Positions 36,688 through 46,503 of a DNA stretch of 64,000 nt are shown one piece after another; the first letter of the stretch is position 1, and every line of letters begins with the position of its first letter. The notes beneath the pieces were generated by a model. It did not search any database. It was not told where the DNA came from and saw only the letters and a list, made by a program, of their open reading frames with translations. The position numbers and the translations under genes were made by a program. The stretch lies in the NCBI RefSeq assembly GCF_988242995.1, contig NZ_OZ547043.1, one strand, 5' to 3'.

Positions 36688-36858
36688 TTAAAGTTCATGT
36701 GCCATCTGGTCTTTTTCGGCACAAGCTTCACTGCAATATTTTCTCGGTTCGTCTTTTGATAAAATCCCGTGCATGAAGTGAAGCATTCTTTCAATAGCTT
36801 TGCTTTCTTCAACGTCTTTTTTGCAAAGGTGGTAAGCACATTTTATTTTCTTAGTCAT
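36688..36858 (-). CDS. ydaE: Small Cys-rich metal-binding protein YdaE
   Basis: 56 aa ORF read by hand on minus strand ([18 protein letters not shown]...QMAHEL); not in ORF track. Confidence 0.7.
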   Translation of the reverse strand: MTKKIKCAYHLCKKDVEESKAIERMLHFMHGILSKDEPRKYCSEACAEKDQMAHEL

Positions 36859-37079
36859 CACCATGACTCCGCCTTTACAGGTAAACCATCACGACCGAGG
36901 AAGACTTTAATCATGCGGTCAGTAATGCATGTTTTTGTGGTCAGGTTACGAATATATAGTTTTCGCTTTTTAATATTGTTTGCCGAGGCAATATATGTCC
37001 GGCCTTCATGAAGAACATAATCGCCAGGAGTCACACACTGACGTGGTATTTCATCAGTTCCGAAGTGATGTGCAATCAT
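36858..37079 (-). CDS. kilR: FtsZ inhibitor KilR
   Basis: 73 aa from [26 protein letters not shown]. Confidence 0.88.
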   Translation of the reverse strand: MIAHHFGTDEIPRQCVTPGDYVLHEGRTYIASANNIKKRKLYIRNLTTKTCITDRMIKVFLGRDGLPVKAESW

Positions 37080-37520
37080 AATTATCTCCATTTTTACAAA
37101 TGAACTTTGTTGATGCGGTGCCTGGTGCCTCCAGGTGACTGCAACCAGTTAACAATTACAGTCGGCTTTCCCACCCAAACCAATAAGGACTAACATGACT
37201 TTTAACTGTGCCACGTGCGCTTAGCCGCATTCACCGCATCACAAAATTCACTTTAAAAAGGGCGGACATCAGCCGAACTTCAAGAAAAAAACTGATGCCG
37301 CCAGGACTACACACAGCAATGTCGTTATTTACAACCGGAGGCGCACTCCCACCATTTAAATTTAACAGACAAGACCGACTCTTTATGGATATCGGAAATG
37401 CGCCTTCGTGTTGTGCCCGGTTTTATTTCACCACCTCCGGGCTTCGGTGGTCTCGGCTATACCCCTACAGCGAGAGCTTGTGTTAACATTTCAATACCCT
37501 TACAGTTGAGAGTTATTGAT

Positions 37521-38009
37521 ATGTTGGATGTATTTACTCCATTGTTGAAACTTTTTGCTAACGAGCCACTCGAAAGACTTATGTATACGATTATCATTTT
37601 TGGTCTCACTCTCTGGCTGATACCGAAAGAGTTTACTGCCGCATTCAATGCTTATACTGAAATACCTTGGCTCTTTCAGATTATCGTTTTTGCCTTTTCT
37701 TTCGTGGTCGCCATTTCCTTCTCAAGATTGCGAGCACATATTCAAAAGCATTATTCATTACTACCAGAGCAACGAGTATTGCTTCGTTTATCTGAGAAAG
37801 AAATCGCTGTATTTAAAGATTTCCTTAAAACAGGAAATCTTATTATCACTTCTCCTTGCCGTAACCCGGTTATGAAAAAATTAGAACGGAAGGGCATCAT
37901 TCAACATCAGAGTGATAGCGCAAACTGTTCTTATTATCTCGTCACCGAAAAATACTCCCATTTTATGAAGTTATTCTGGAACAGCAGGAGTAGACGTTTT
38001 AATCGTTAG
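37521..38009 (+). CDS. sieB: Superinfection exclusion protein SieB
   Basis: 162 aa from MLDVFTPLLKLFANEPLERLMYTIIIFGLT; membrane segments. Confidence 0.88.
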   Translation: MLDVFTPLLKLFANEPLERLMYTIIIFGLTLWLIPKEFTAAFNAYTEIPWLFQIIVFAFSFVVAISFSRLRAHIQKHYSLLPEQRVLLRLSEKEIAVFKDFLKTGNLIITSPCRNPVMKKLERKGIIQHQSDSANCSYYLVTEKYSHFMKLFWNSRSRRFNR

Positions 38010-38161
38010 CTTACTGTGTGCTTCTCCAACCATCGGCGCGCACCAGTTTCGGTTTTAAATGTTTTGCTTTTGGTATACGTCATGGCAGTGAACGTTCCAT
38101 CCTGGTTGGGGAACACGCCGCACACCAGGGATTCGTTGTTGCCGAGGTCGATTTTTTGCAT
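38006..38161 (-). CDS. ydaF: Rac prophage small protein YdaF
   Basis: 51 aa hand-translated MQKIDLGNNESLVCGVFPNQDGTFTAMTYTKSKTFKTETGARRWLEKHTVS. Confidence 0.75.
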   Translation of the reverse strand: MQKIDLGNNESLVCGVFPNQDGTFTAMTYTKSKTFKTETGARRWLEKHTVS

Positions 38162-38171
38162 TTTGCGAATC

Positions 38172-38306
38172 TCACATCTTGTTGCTACGTATAGCGACTT
38201 CTGCCTGCCAGAGATCCCAGTCGTTGCTGCGTAAAGCCTGCACAGCCTGGTTGTAAGTGATACCGCAACAATCCATCAAATACTGAACTACTTCGTAATG
38301 CACCAT
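38172..38306 (-). CDS. ydaG: Rac prophage small protein YdaG
   Basis: 44 aa hand-translated MVHYEVVQYLMDCCGITYNQAVQALRSNDWDLWQAEVAIRSNKM. Confidence 0.7.
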   Translation of the reverse strand: MVHYEVVQYLMDCCGITYNQAVQALRSNDWDLWQAEVAIRSNKM

Positions 38307-38614
38307 CTTATCTCTCCCCTTAACGCCGGGTGGCGGAACTAACTGCTGCACTGCAAAATTTGAATCCCGCCGTCATGTTCATACGCCTCGGGCTGGCTAC
38401 TTAACCCCTTACCACTGCCTGGTAACTCGAAGTATTGCCCGGCGTTCTGTGGGGCGGGGTGGGTGGTATGCTGGAACTATAGGTAATGCCTAATTGATTG
38501 TCAATAGGCTATGCCTAATGTTTTGAGCGTAACCTAATAGGTGATGGCGACAGCAGAAAGTGATGGGGGGGTTAAATAACGGAATCCAGGAGTTTTCCGT
38601 CAGACCATATAAGT

Positions 38615-39091
38615 TTAAGTTCCAGTTTTTGTGATGTTCTGGCTTTTCCGTTCAGATTCTAGAGCTTTCAGATACTTACCCACTTTCATTTCCATCGCTG
38701 CTATATAGGCGCGAACATCGTGGTCAACCCAATCTGGTTCTGTAGCATTTCCAGATAACAGGAAAGCTACAATCGCTCTTATTTCATCAGAGGCTGCTTG
38801 ATAAAGGTTGTTTATATCTAAAAGTTCACTTTTTGTATCTGAATTGGTGGGGGTTGGTATGGGGTATTCGTTAAGCCCCCAATGCTCTGGACCAACAACA
38901 TCAGAAAAGAAACGCCATAATTCTGGAAGTTTATCTTTACTTATAGAGCCTTTCTTAATCCAGTCATAAATTGATGGTGGTTGGACTTTGAAGTGGCGTG
39001 CGACCTCCGCCTTTGATTTGACGGATCCCGATGCGATTTTTTTGTTAATGGCCTGCTCTATCGCTCGGCCTAAGTCTTTACCACTAAGCAT
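38615..39091 (-). CDS. racR: Prophage repressor RacR (HTH)
   Basis: 158 aa; divergent from ydaS, typical immunity-region layout. Confidence 0.88.
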   Translation of the reverse strand: MLSGKDLGRAIEQAINKKIASGSVKSKAEVARHFKVQPPSIYDWIKKGSISKDKLPELWRFFSDVVGPEHWGLNEYPIPTPTNSDTKSELLDINNLYQAASDEIRAIVAFLLSGNATEPDWVDHDVRAYIAAMEMKVGKYLKALESERKSQNITKTGT

Positions 39092-39214
39092 TGCTTAATA
39101 TTCTCCTATGCGCATTACATTAGGCAATCCCTACCCTTACCGCATTAGGCACAGCCTATTGACAATTGCGTTAGGCGTCGCCTAATATTTCTGTGTGTTT
39201 TTGGAGTTCATTCG

Positions 39215-39511
39215 ATGAAAAAAGAGAACTATTCATTCAAGCAAGCTTGTGCTGTTGTCGGTGGGCAATCAGCAATGGCTAGGCTTTTAGGTGTATCACC
39301 TCCAAGCGTAAATCAATGGATCAAAGGGGTACGTCAATTGCCTGCCGAGAGATGTCCAGCAATTGAACGTGCAACAAGAGGTGAGGTTCTGTGCGAAGAA
39401 CTTCGTCCTGATATTGACTGGTCATATTTACGACGTTCGGCATGTTGTTCGCAGAATATGTCAGTGAAGCAACTAAATGACAGTAACAAATCCTCATTTG
39501 ATCATACCTGA
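39215..39511 (+). CDS. ydaS: Cro-like HTH protein YdaS
   Basis: 98 aa; HTH segment QACAVVGGQSAMARLLGVSPPSVNQW. Confidence 0.88.
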   Translation: MKKENYSFKQACAVVGGQSAMARLLGVSPPSVNQWIKGVRQLPAERCPAIERATRGEVLCEELRPDIDWSYLRRSACCSQNMSVKQLNDSNKSSFDHT

Positions 39512-39533
39512 AACATCAAGAGGCAAATGATTC

Positions 39534-39956
39534 ATGAAAATCAAGCATGAGCACATCGAATCAGTGTTGTTTGCCCTAGCAGCCGAAAAAGGGCAGGCAT
39601 GGGTAGCCAATGCAATTACTGAAGAATATCTGCGCCAGGGGGGCGGCGAATTGCCCCTGGTTCCAGGCAAGGACTGGAACAATCAGCAGAATATCTATCA
39701 CCGTTGGTTGAAAGGTGAAACGAAAACGCAAAGAGAAAAAATTCAGAAGCTGATCCCAGCAATTCTGGCAATCCTTCCGCGCGAGCTGCGTCACCGACTC
39801 TGCATCTTCGATACCCTGGAACGCCGTGCATTACTGGCGGCGCAGGAAGCGTTAAGTACGGCAATTGATGCGCATGATGATGCAGTCCAAGCCGTTTACC
39901 GGAAAGCGCATTTCAGCGGCGGCGGTTCTTCCGACGATTCTGTCATTGTTCATTAA
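39534..39956 (+). CDS. ydaT: Rac prophage protein YdaT (cII-like position)
   Basis: 140 aa directly downstream of ydaS. Confidence 0.85.
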   Translation: MKIKHEHIESVLFALAAEKGQAWVANAITEEYLRQGGGELPLVPGKDWNNQQNIYHRWLKGETKTQREKIQKLIPAILAILPRELRHRLCIFDTLERRALLAAQEALSTAIDAHDDAVQAVYRKAHFSGGGSSDDSVIVH

Positions 39957-39968
39957 GCAAAAGTTTCC

Positions 39969-40826
39969 ATGCTGTTTGTGCTTATTCTAAGCCACCGGGC
40001 AGCATCATACGGGGCAATTATGGCCGCATTACCATACATGCAACTGTACATAGCTGATTACCTGGCTGACACCATGCATTTGTCAGCAGAGGAGCATGGT
40101 GCGTATTTGTTGCTGATGTTCAATTACTGGCAAACAGGAAAGCCAATACCTAAAAACAGGCTGGCAAAAATTGCCCGTCTGACTAACGAGCGATGGGCTG
40201 ATGTTGAACCATCCTTGCAGGAGTTTTTTTGCGATAACGGCGAGGAATGGGTGCATCTTCGGATTGAGGAAGATCTGGCATCAGTCAGGGAAAAATTAAC
40301 CAAAAAATCAGCCGCAGGAAAAGCATCTGTTCAGGCCAGAAGAAGCAGAAAGGAAGCAGATGTTCAAACAAAACAAGAGAGAAATTTAACAGGTGTTCAA
40401 ACAGATGTTGAAGTGGTGTTTGAACATGATGTCAACACAAAGGCAACTAATAAAGATACAGATAAAGATCTAAAAACAGATCCCCCCCTAAATCCCCCCC
40501 GGGGGAATCGAGGTGTCAAAAAGTTTGACCCTCTGGATATTGCTTTGCCGAACTGGATTTCTGTCTCGCTTTGGCGTGAGTGGGTTGAATTTCGCCAGGC
40601 ATTGCGAAAACCGATTCGAACGGAGCAGGGCGCTAACGGGGCGATACGGGAGCTGGAAAAATTCCGCCAGCAGGGTTTTTCACCTGAGCAGGTGATTCGA
40701 CACAGCATCGCCAATGAATACCAGGGCTTGTTCGCGCCGAAAGGTGTTCGACCTGAGACGTTACTCCGACAGGTTAACACCGTCTCGTTACCGGATAGTG
40801 CGATCCCGCCAGGCTTCAGGGGGTAA
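39969..40826 (+). CDS. ydaU: Phage replication initiation protein (O-like) YdaU
   Basis: 285 aa; precedes DnaC-like ydaV. Confidence 0.82.
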   Translation: MLFVLILSHRAASYGAIMAALPYMQLYIADYLADTMHLSAEEHGAYLLLMFNYWQTGKPIPKNRLAKIARLTNERWADVEPSLQEFFCDNGEEWVHLRIEEDLASVREKLTKKSAAGKASVQARRSRKEADVQTKQERNLTGVQTDVEVVFEHDVNTKATNKDTDKDLKTDPPLNPPRGNRGVKKFDPLDIALPNWISVSLWREWVEFRQALRKPIRTEQGANGAIRELEKFRQQGFSPEQVIRHSIANEYQGLFAPKGVRPETLLRQVNTVSLPDSAIPPGFRG

Positions 40827-40832
40827 CTGACC

Positions 40833-41579
40833 ATGAAAAATATTGCGACAGGCGATGTTCTTGAACGTATCCGCAGACTGGCCCCGTCACATGTAACCGC
40901 GCCATTCAAGACGGTAGCGGAGTGGCGCGAGTGGCAACTTTCCGAAGGCCAGAAACGTTGTGAGGAGATCAACCGTCAGAATCGTCAGTTGCGGGTGGAA
41001 AAAATTCTTAATCGCTCTGGCATCCAGCCATTGCACCGCAAATGCTCGTTTTCGAATTACCAGGTGCAGAACGAAGGGCAGCGATACGCGTTGAGTCAGG
41101 CGAAATCCATCGCTGATGAACTGATGACCGGGTGTACAAATTTTGCGTTCAGCGGAAAACCTGGTACCGGAAAAAACCATCTGGCGGCGGCTATCGGGAA
41201 TCGCCTGCTGAAAGATGGCCAGACAGTGATTGTGGTTACCGTGGCTGATGTCATGAGTGCCCTACACGCCAGCTATGACGACGGGCAATCAGGCGAAAAA
41301 TTTTTGCGGGAACTGTGCCAAGTGGATCTGCTGGTTCTTGATGAAATTGGCATTCAGCGCGAGACAAAAAACGAGCAGGTGGTGCTGCACCAGATTGTTG
41401 ATCGCCGGACAGCGTCGATGCGCAGCGTGGGGATGCTGACAAACCTGAATTATGAGGCCATGAAAACATTGCTCGGCGAGAGGATTATGGATCGCATGAC
41501 CATGAACGGCGGGCGATGGGTGAATTTTAACTGGGAGAGCTGGCGTCCGAATGTCGTCCAGCCAGGAATTGCGAAGTAA
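40833..41579 (+). CDS. ydaV: DnaC-like helicase loader (IstB-like ATPase) YdaV
   Basis: 248 aa; Walker [16 protein letters not shown], Walker B LLVLDEIG. Confidence 0.88.
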   Translation: MKNIATGDVLERIRRLAPSHVTAPFKTVAEWREWQLSEGQKRCEEINRQNRQLRVEKILNRSGIQPLHRKCSFSNYQVQNEGQRYALSQAKSIADELMTGCTNFAFSGKPGTGKNHLAAAIGNRLLKDGQTVIVVTVADVMSALHASYDDGQSGEKFLRELCQVDLLVLDEIGIQRETKNEQVVLHQIVDRRTASMRSVGMLTNLNYEAMKTLLGERIMDRMTMNGGRWVNFNWESWRPNVVQPGIAK

Positions 41580-41601
41580 TTTTTACCGGGAGAAAAATTT
41601 A

Positions 41602-42363
41602 ATGGAGACTGTTTTTGACGCACTGAAAGCAATGGGAAAAGCCACATCCATAGAACTTGCTGCGCGACTTGATATCAGCCGTGAAGAAGTGCTGAACGAA
41701 CTATGGGAACTGAAAAAGGCTGGTTTCGTTGATAAAAGCGCGTACACCTGGCGTGTGGCTGATAACAACGTTCAGCAGGAACAGCCAGCGCCGGCAGAAC
41801 TGCCGGAAGAAACTACCACGGCAACAGTCGCGAAAATTTCAGAGAGCGATTTAACTGCGACGATTGAACAACGTGGTCCACTAACTGCGGATGAACTGGC
41901 TACGTTGTTCGGTACCACATCCCGCAAAGTGGCTTCAACGCTGGCAATGGCAATCAGCAAAGCTCGTCTGATTCGCGTTAATCAGAACGGTAAATTTCGT
42001 TACTGCATGCCGGGCGGTAATTTACCAGCAGAGCCGAAAGCTGCATCGGTAGCGGAAACAGATGGTAAAGCCTTTCCTCAGCTAGCCGGTGTTGCGTTAC
42101 CAGTACAGGAAGCTGCAACACAGGAAGATATTAAAACAGAAACTGTGGCGGACATTGTGCAGTCGTTGCCATCGTTTACTGAAACGCAAGCGGATAACCT
42201 GATTTTACCATCGCTGCATATGGCAAACCGTGAACTGCGTCGGGCGAAAAATCATGTCCAGAAGTGGGAGCGAGTCTGCGCCGCGCTGCGGGAGCTGAAC
42301 AAGCACCGGGATATTGTTCGACAGATTTTCGATTCCTCCAGTCGTATTGTGTCGGAAAAGTGA
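41602..42363 (+). CDS. ydaW: Rac prophage protein YdaW (apparently full-length here)
   Basis: about 253 aa from [30 protein letters not shown] (winged-helix-like N-terminus). Confidence 0.7.
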   Translation: METVFDALKAMGKATSIELAARLDISREEVLNELWELKKAGFVDKSAYTWRVADNNVQQEQPAPAELPEETTTATVAKISESDLTATIEQRGPLTADELATLFGTTSRKVASTLAMAISKARLIRVNQNGKFRYCMPGGNLPAEPKAASVAETDGKAFPQLAGVALPVQEAATQEDIKTETVADIVQSLPSFTETQADNLILPSLHMANRELRRAKNHVQKWERVCAALRELNKHRDIVRQIFDSSSRIVSEK

Positions 42364-42378
42364 TTGCCGGAGGCACCT

Positions 42379-42810
42379 ATGGCAAAAGTATTTACACCAG
42401 AAGAGCGGGAAAAAATTAAAGGGCAGGTTGTTGAACTTGTACGTCTGAGCGGTCGCGAGACGTTACGGGCTCTGGAGGCTAAAACCGGTGCATCAAGGTA
42501 TTACATAAGCACTCTCGCCAGAGAACTGGTCGCCAGTGGTGATGTTTACAATTCAGGCTACGGATTATTCCCGTCTGAGCAGGCTCGTAAGGACTGGCAA
42601 AACGCCCGCAAAAAACTATCCAGGGCAAAGGTGAAAAAAACGGTTGTGGTTGATCCTGACCTTATCTGGTCATTACCAGACGGAGAAATACGCCGCTACG
42701 ACAGGCGCCTGAATATAATCTGTCGCGAGTGCCGGAAAAGCGAAGTTATGCAGCGTGTACTGGCATTTTACCAGAGTAATTTCAGGAGGTTGTCTGGTGA
42801 GCACGATTAA
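42379..42810 (+). CDS. Hypothetical protein with CxxC pair, function unknown
   Basis: 143 aa from MAKVFTPEEREKIKGQVVELV; contains IICRECRK. Confidence 0.55.
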   Translation: MAKVFTPEEREKIKGQVVELVRLSGRETLRALEAKTGASRYYISTLARELVASGDVYNSGYGLFPSEQARKDWQNARKKLSRAKVKKTVVVDPDLIWSLPDGEIRRYDRRLNIICRECRKSEVMQRVLAFYQSNFRRLSGEHD

Positions 42811-42843
42811 CTACTAGGGGGGATAACAATAAAATAAAGCCTC

Positions 42844-43884
42844 CTAGGAGGCTTTGATTATATTAAGCAAATGTTTTCCAATCGTTTCAGACATCTTCGG
42901 AGGGACCGCATTTCCTATTTGACGAGCCCGAGATTGCAAAGAACCAATAAATTTATAATCCAAAGGAAATGTTTGTAGACACGCTGCTTCACGAACCGAT
43001 ATTGCTCGATTTTGTGTTGGATGTCCAAAACGTCCATTTGAATAGCTAATACAACGAGTTGTTAGTCCGCTGGCTGGTTTGTCCCAACTCAAACGTCCAT
43101 ATACGTCTGTATGCCCTTTATGGTTACGATGGCATTCTAAAATCAATTCATCTGGCCAAAATTCTCGACTTCCACCTTCAGGAGTGCATTTTATTCTACG
43201 TAAATTAAGCTCTGATAAGCGTGCAGCTTCATGATCAGGAATACTATTATGCTTTTCTCCTGCTTCTATCTTCGGTAAATTAGCGATCCAGTCCTTTACT
43301 GTTGAATAGGGAGTATTTCCAACCCCATGTGTAGGAGAAGGCAATGCGACATAAAAATCCTTGGATGCAATGAGCACTAATCTTTCTCGCGTCTGTGGTA
43401 CACCGTACCACGCAGCTGGCATTACTTTATAATCTACACTATATCCCTTTGATGAAAGCATTTCTAAAAACATCATGAATGTTCCTTCATTTTTGTTAAA
43501 CTTTTGCATTCCTGGCACGTTTTCAACAAAAATAAAATCAGGCATATAATGCTCTACAAAGCGACTGAATTCCTTTAATAGATCTAATCGTGGATCATCA
43601 TTTTTCTTATTTGAGTTTTGCTTAGAGTACGGTTGACAAGGCGCACATCCTGAAAAAAGAATGTAATCATTACGATGTTTTTTTACTAACTTGTTTATGG
43701 CATTGTTGTCGATTAACCTAATGTCCGAGTTAATAAAAGCAGCCTGCGGGAAATTTGCACGAAATGAACTGGCTGCATCAACGTCGAAATCGAGGCCAAA
43801 AACAATATCCATTCCAGCTTGATGGAAACCTTGGCTGGTTCCACCACAACCGGAAAAGAAGTCAAACACTTTGATTTTTTTCAT
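42844..43884 (-). CDS. DNA (cytosine-5)-methyltransferase
   Basis: 346 aa from MKKIKVFDFFSGCGG; motif I FSGCGG, motif IV GCAPCQPYS, motif VI ENVPGM, motif VIII QTRERLVLIA, motif X GNAVPP; RBS AGAGGGA. Confidence 0.9.
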   Translation of the reverse strand: MKKIKVFDFFSGCGGTSQGFHQAGMDIVFGLDFDVDAASSFRANFPQAAFINSDIRLIDNNAINKLVKKHRNDYILFSGCAPCQPYSKQNSNKKNDDPRLDLLKEFSRFVEHYMPDFIFVENVPGMQKFNKNEGTFMMFLEMLSSKGYSVDYKVMPAAWYGVPQTRERLVLIASKDFYVALPSPTHGVGNTPYSTVKDWIANLPKIEAGEKHNSIPDHEAARLSELNLRRIKCTPEGGSREFWPDELILECHRNHKGHTDVYGRLSWDKPASGLTTRCISYSNGRFGHPTQNRAISVREAACLQTFPLDYKFIGSLQSRARQIGNAVPPKMSETIGKHLLNIIKAS

Positions 43885-43907
43885 TTTTCCCTCTGCATCC
43901 AGAATCA

Positions 43908-45737
43908 CTACCTAATGATACCACGGTCAAGAGCCTGAGTAATTATTTTTCTTATTTTTATAAATTCAGGCAATTCATTTTTAAGTCTTGCGGTCATCAT
44001 TTGTTGGAGGCAAAAAATTTCCTCTGCATTTACTTCTTCTTTATCATACAGGTGTTGCGCTAATAATCTTATTTGATTCTTATACAGTTCTGGATCATTA
44101 GAACTCCAGGTCTGTGAATCAATTATTTCTTTTTCACTTGGCGTAATTGCCTTTTCAATGAGTAATTGTTCGGGAGTATCAAATGGTAAATACTTCACTT
44201 TATTGAATGCATACTCAAGCACTTGCCTTTTGAGTCTATTAGATTCTTGTTCATTTTTTTTGCCATTACTACCACTGGCATTGATAATTAACTCGCAACC
44301 ATAATATTTGCACATTGTATTAACTAAATCAGCATCAGCAATTTCACTAATTCTTACTGGTTTTATTTTTTTGTTTTTATCACCATCAAGTAAAAACAAA
44401 ATATCATTGCGTTCTACCACAGCGTAACTGGGAAGATGCTTGCTTAAAATGGTCTCCGAACCACCTGGTATATAACTTACACTAAATGATAAGCTTAATC
44501 TTTCATCATTTTTAATCGCTTTATCTATAATTGCTTTAGCTAATTTATCTTCTACAATTATTGTTTTCTTGTTAATATCATGCCCTAGCTCTATAAAAGC
44601 TTCATCCGGTGCTATATTTTGAACTATTTTAGCTGTTTCACTCTCTTCATCAAAAACAAATAATTTAATGGCATCTTTGGGAAGAGTGTTCACAATAACA
44701 GGAGAATGGGTTGATATTACCACTTGATGTTTTTTCTGCTCAACAATAGAGTACAGAACATCCATCATCCTTTTTTGTGCACCAGGGTGAAGTGAAACTT
44801 CTGGTTCGTCAAGAAGAATTAATGAATTAGGTTTGGCCGAATAAATATTGAGTATTAGTGAAACTATTGCAAATTCACCACTTCCAGCAAACGCTTCTGT
44901 ATAGTTCAACTTATCAGTTGAAAGTAAAGCGGTTCCTCCTCTGGTTCCAAATAACCGATGCTCAAGAAATTTAATGACTTTATATTTTTTCCCTAATATA
45001 AATGAGACGTGCTCAACTAGTTCTGGCGCCAAGGTTATATTTTTAACAATGGTTTCCGCCCCCCAGAGTCTTAAATTACTTAGCTTTTCATCAAAAGCTT
45101 TCTTTATATATTTAGATTTGCTTCTGATATAGTCTTGCTTTGTAATTAATACACCACTCTTCTTCTTTCTTAATTTAAAATCAGAGTGATACATACATCT
45201 ATCAAATGCACTTATTTCCGATCTGAAATCTAGGAAAACCAATCCCTTCTTGATTTTTTTCCATCTGGTTGCATTACTATTAGCACCCAGATCATCCGAA
45301 ATACTCTCCATGTTATCACCAACAGATGGTCGACTTGTTTCCCAATAATCGATTGTTTTCTTGGTAGCATTGATACGTGCTTGGAGTATTTCAACTAAAC
45401 GGCCATCAGCATTTTTATATCCATATATATATCTAGGTTTAAGAGAACTGCCATCAGCAAGTTTTAGGTCAGGAAACTCATCTGTTTCAGTTGTGAACCA
45501 ATAACGAGTTATATTTTTACCATGTGGGCAACCAAATAGCGCTTTGATAACAGAACTTTTATTAGTTCCATTTTTTCCTACTAAAGCCGTTATAGGGAAC
45601 TGAAAATCGATCCTTGCATTCTGCTCTATATTTTTAAAGTATGGAAAACGGATATGTTGTATGAATGGTTCAAATTCACCGTTTTTTAACGCGCACTGGA
45701 GTGTTCGAATTTTGCTCTTGTATGCGGAAGTGCTCAT
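43908..45737 (-). CDS. ABC-type ATPase fused to C-terminal Toprim-like domain (OLD-family-like nuclease candidate)
   Basis: 609 aa; Walker A LVGKNGTNKSS, Walker B/D-loop SLILLDEPEVSLHP, H-loop VISTHSPVI; C-terminal IIVEDKLAKA glutamate and FLLDGDKN DxD suggest Toprim; 23 bp upstream of MTase on same strand. Confidence 0.7.
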   Translation of the reverse strand: MSTSAYKSKIRTLQCALKNGEFEPFIQHIRFPYFKNIEQNARIDFQFPITALVGKNGTNKSSVIKALFGCPHGKNITRYWFTTETDEFPDLKLADGSSLKPRYIYGYKNADGRLVEILQARINATKKTIDYWETSRPSVGDNMESISDDLGANSNATRWKKIKKGLVFLDFRSEISAFDRCMYHSDFKLRKKKSGVLITKQDYIRSKSKYIKKAFDEKLSNLRLWGAETIVKNITLAPELVEHVSFILGKKYKVIKFLEHRLFGTRGGTALLSTDKLNYTEAFAGSGEFAIVSLILNIYSAKPNSLILLDEPEVSLHPGAQKRMMDVLYSIVEQKKHQVVISTHSPVIVNTLPKDAIKLFVFDEESETAKIVQNIAPDEAFIELGHDINKKTIIVEDKLAKAIIDKAIKNDERLSLSFSVSYIPGGSETILSKHLPSYAVVERNDILFLLDGDKNKKIKPVRISEIADADLVNTMCKYYGCELIINASGSNGKKNEQESNRLKRQVLEYAFNKVKYLPFDTPEQLLIEKAITPSEKEIIDSQTWSSNDPELYKNQIRLLAQHLYDKEEVNAEEIFCLQQMMTARLKNELPEFIKIRKIITQALDRGIIR

Positions 45738-45885
45738 TGTTTACTAAAGTCCATAATAGGCTATTAACAGGTTGAGGATGACATGATAACGATTTTTAAT
45801 GCAGATAAAAGAGGTTTGTTGGTTAGCACACAACAGAAAAAGTGACCTTACCGCTTGAACGAAAGGTAAGGGTAAGTAGGCTGTG

Positions 45886-46038
45886 ATGCAGCAAAAGACG
45901 ATGTTAATCGCCCTGATTGTCATCTGTATTACCGTCGTTGTGATGGCACTGGTAACAAGGAAAGACTTCTGCGAGGTACAAATCCGAACCGGTCAGACGG
46001 AGGTCGCTGTCTTCACAGCTTACGAACCTGAGGAGTGA
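45886..46038 (+). CDS. Hok/Gef-family type I toxin
   Basis: 50 aa MQQKTMLIALIVICITVVVMALVTRKDFCEVQIRTGQTEVAVFTAYEPEE; single TM then conserved C-terminal tail; 3' hairpin GCGAGGGAGAAATCCCTCGC at 46047-46066; below ORF-track size cutoff. Confidence 0.8.
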   Translation: MQQKTMLIALIVICITVVVMALVTRKDFCEVQIRTGQTEVAVFTAYEPEE

Positions 46039-46503
46039 GAGACCAGGCGAGGGAGAAATCCCTCGCCACCTCTGATGAGTCAGGCATCCTCAACGCACCC
46101 GCACTTAACCAACTTTGGCGGGTATATTTTATCTGTGAATATTTTTATAAAAATAATGCCCACGCACAGCATAAAACAAAAAGTATTACAGATAAAAAAG
46201 GAACGTAATGTGCAGATTTGTTGTTTTCCATATTTACTCACCTTAATATGATTAACCCTAATAGGGTTGTTATTTCAGCGGTTTTCAAATGAGATATTAT
46301 GGTGATCTGGCAGATTTGCATAACATTAAAATTTAATTTGTTTAACCGCTTTTAATAATAAGCGTTGTTTGTATCCCAGCAATCTGTTGTTTGGTTTTTA
46401 TTCCATTAAGGTGGGGCTTTACACTGGAGCCAGTTTATTTATACTTCATACGTCAGCCTGAACAACTGGCATCTGCTGCGCTGCGCCATCGAGAGATTAA
46501 GAA

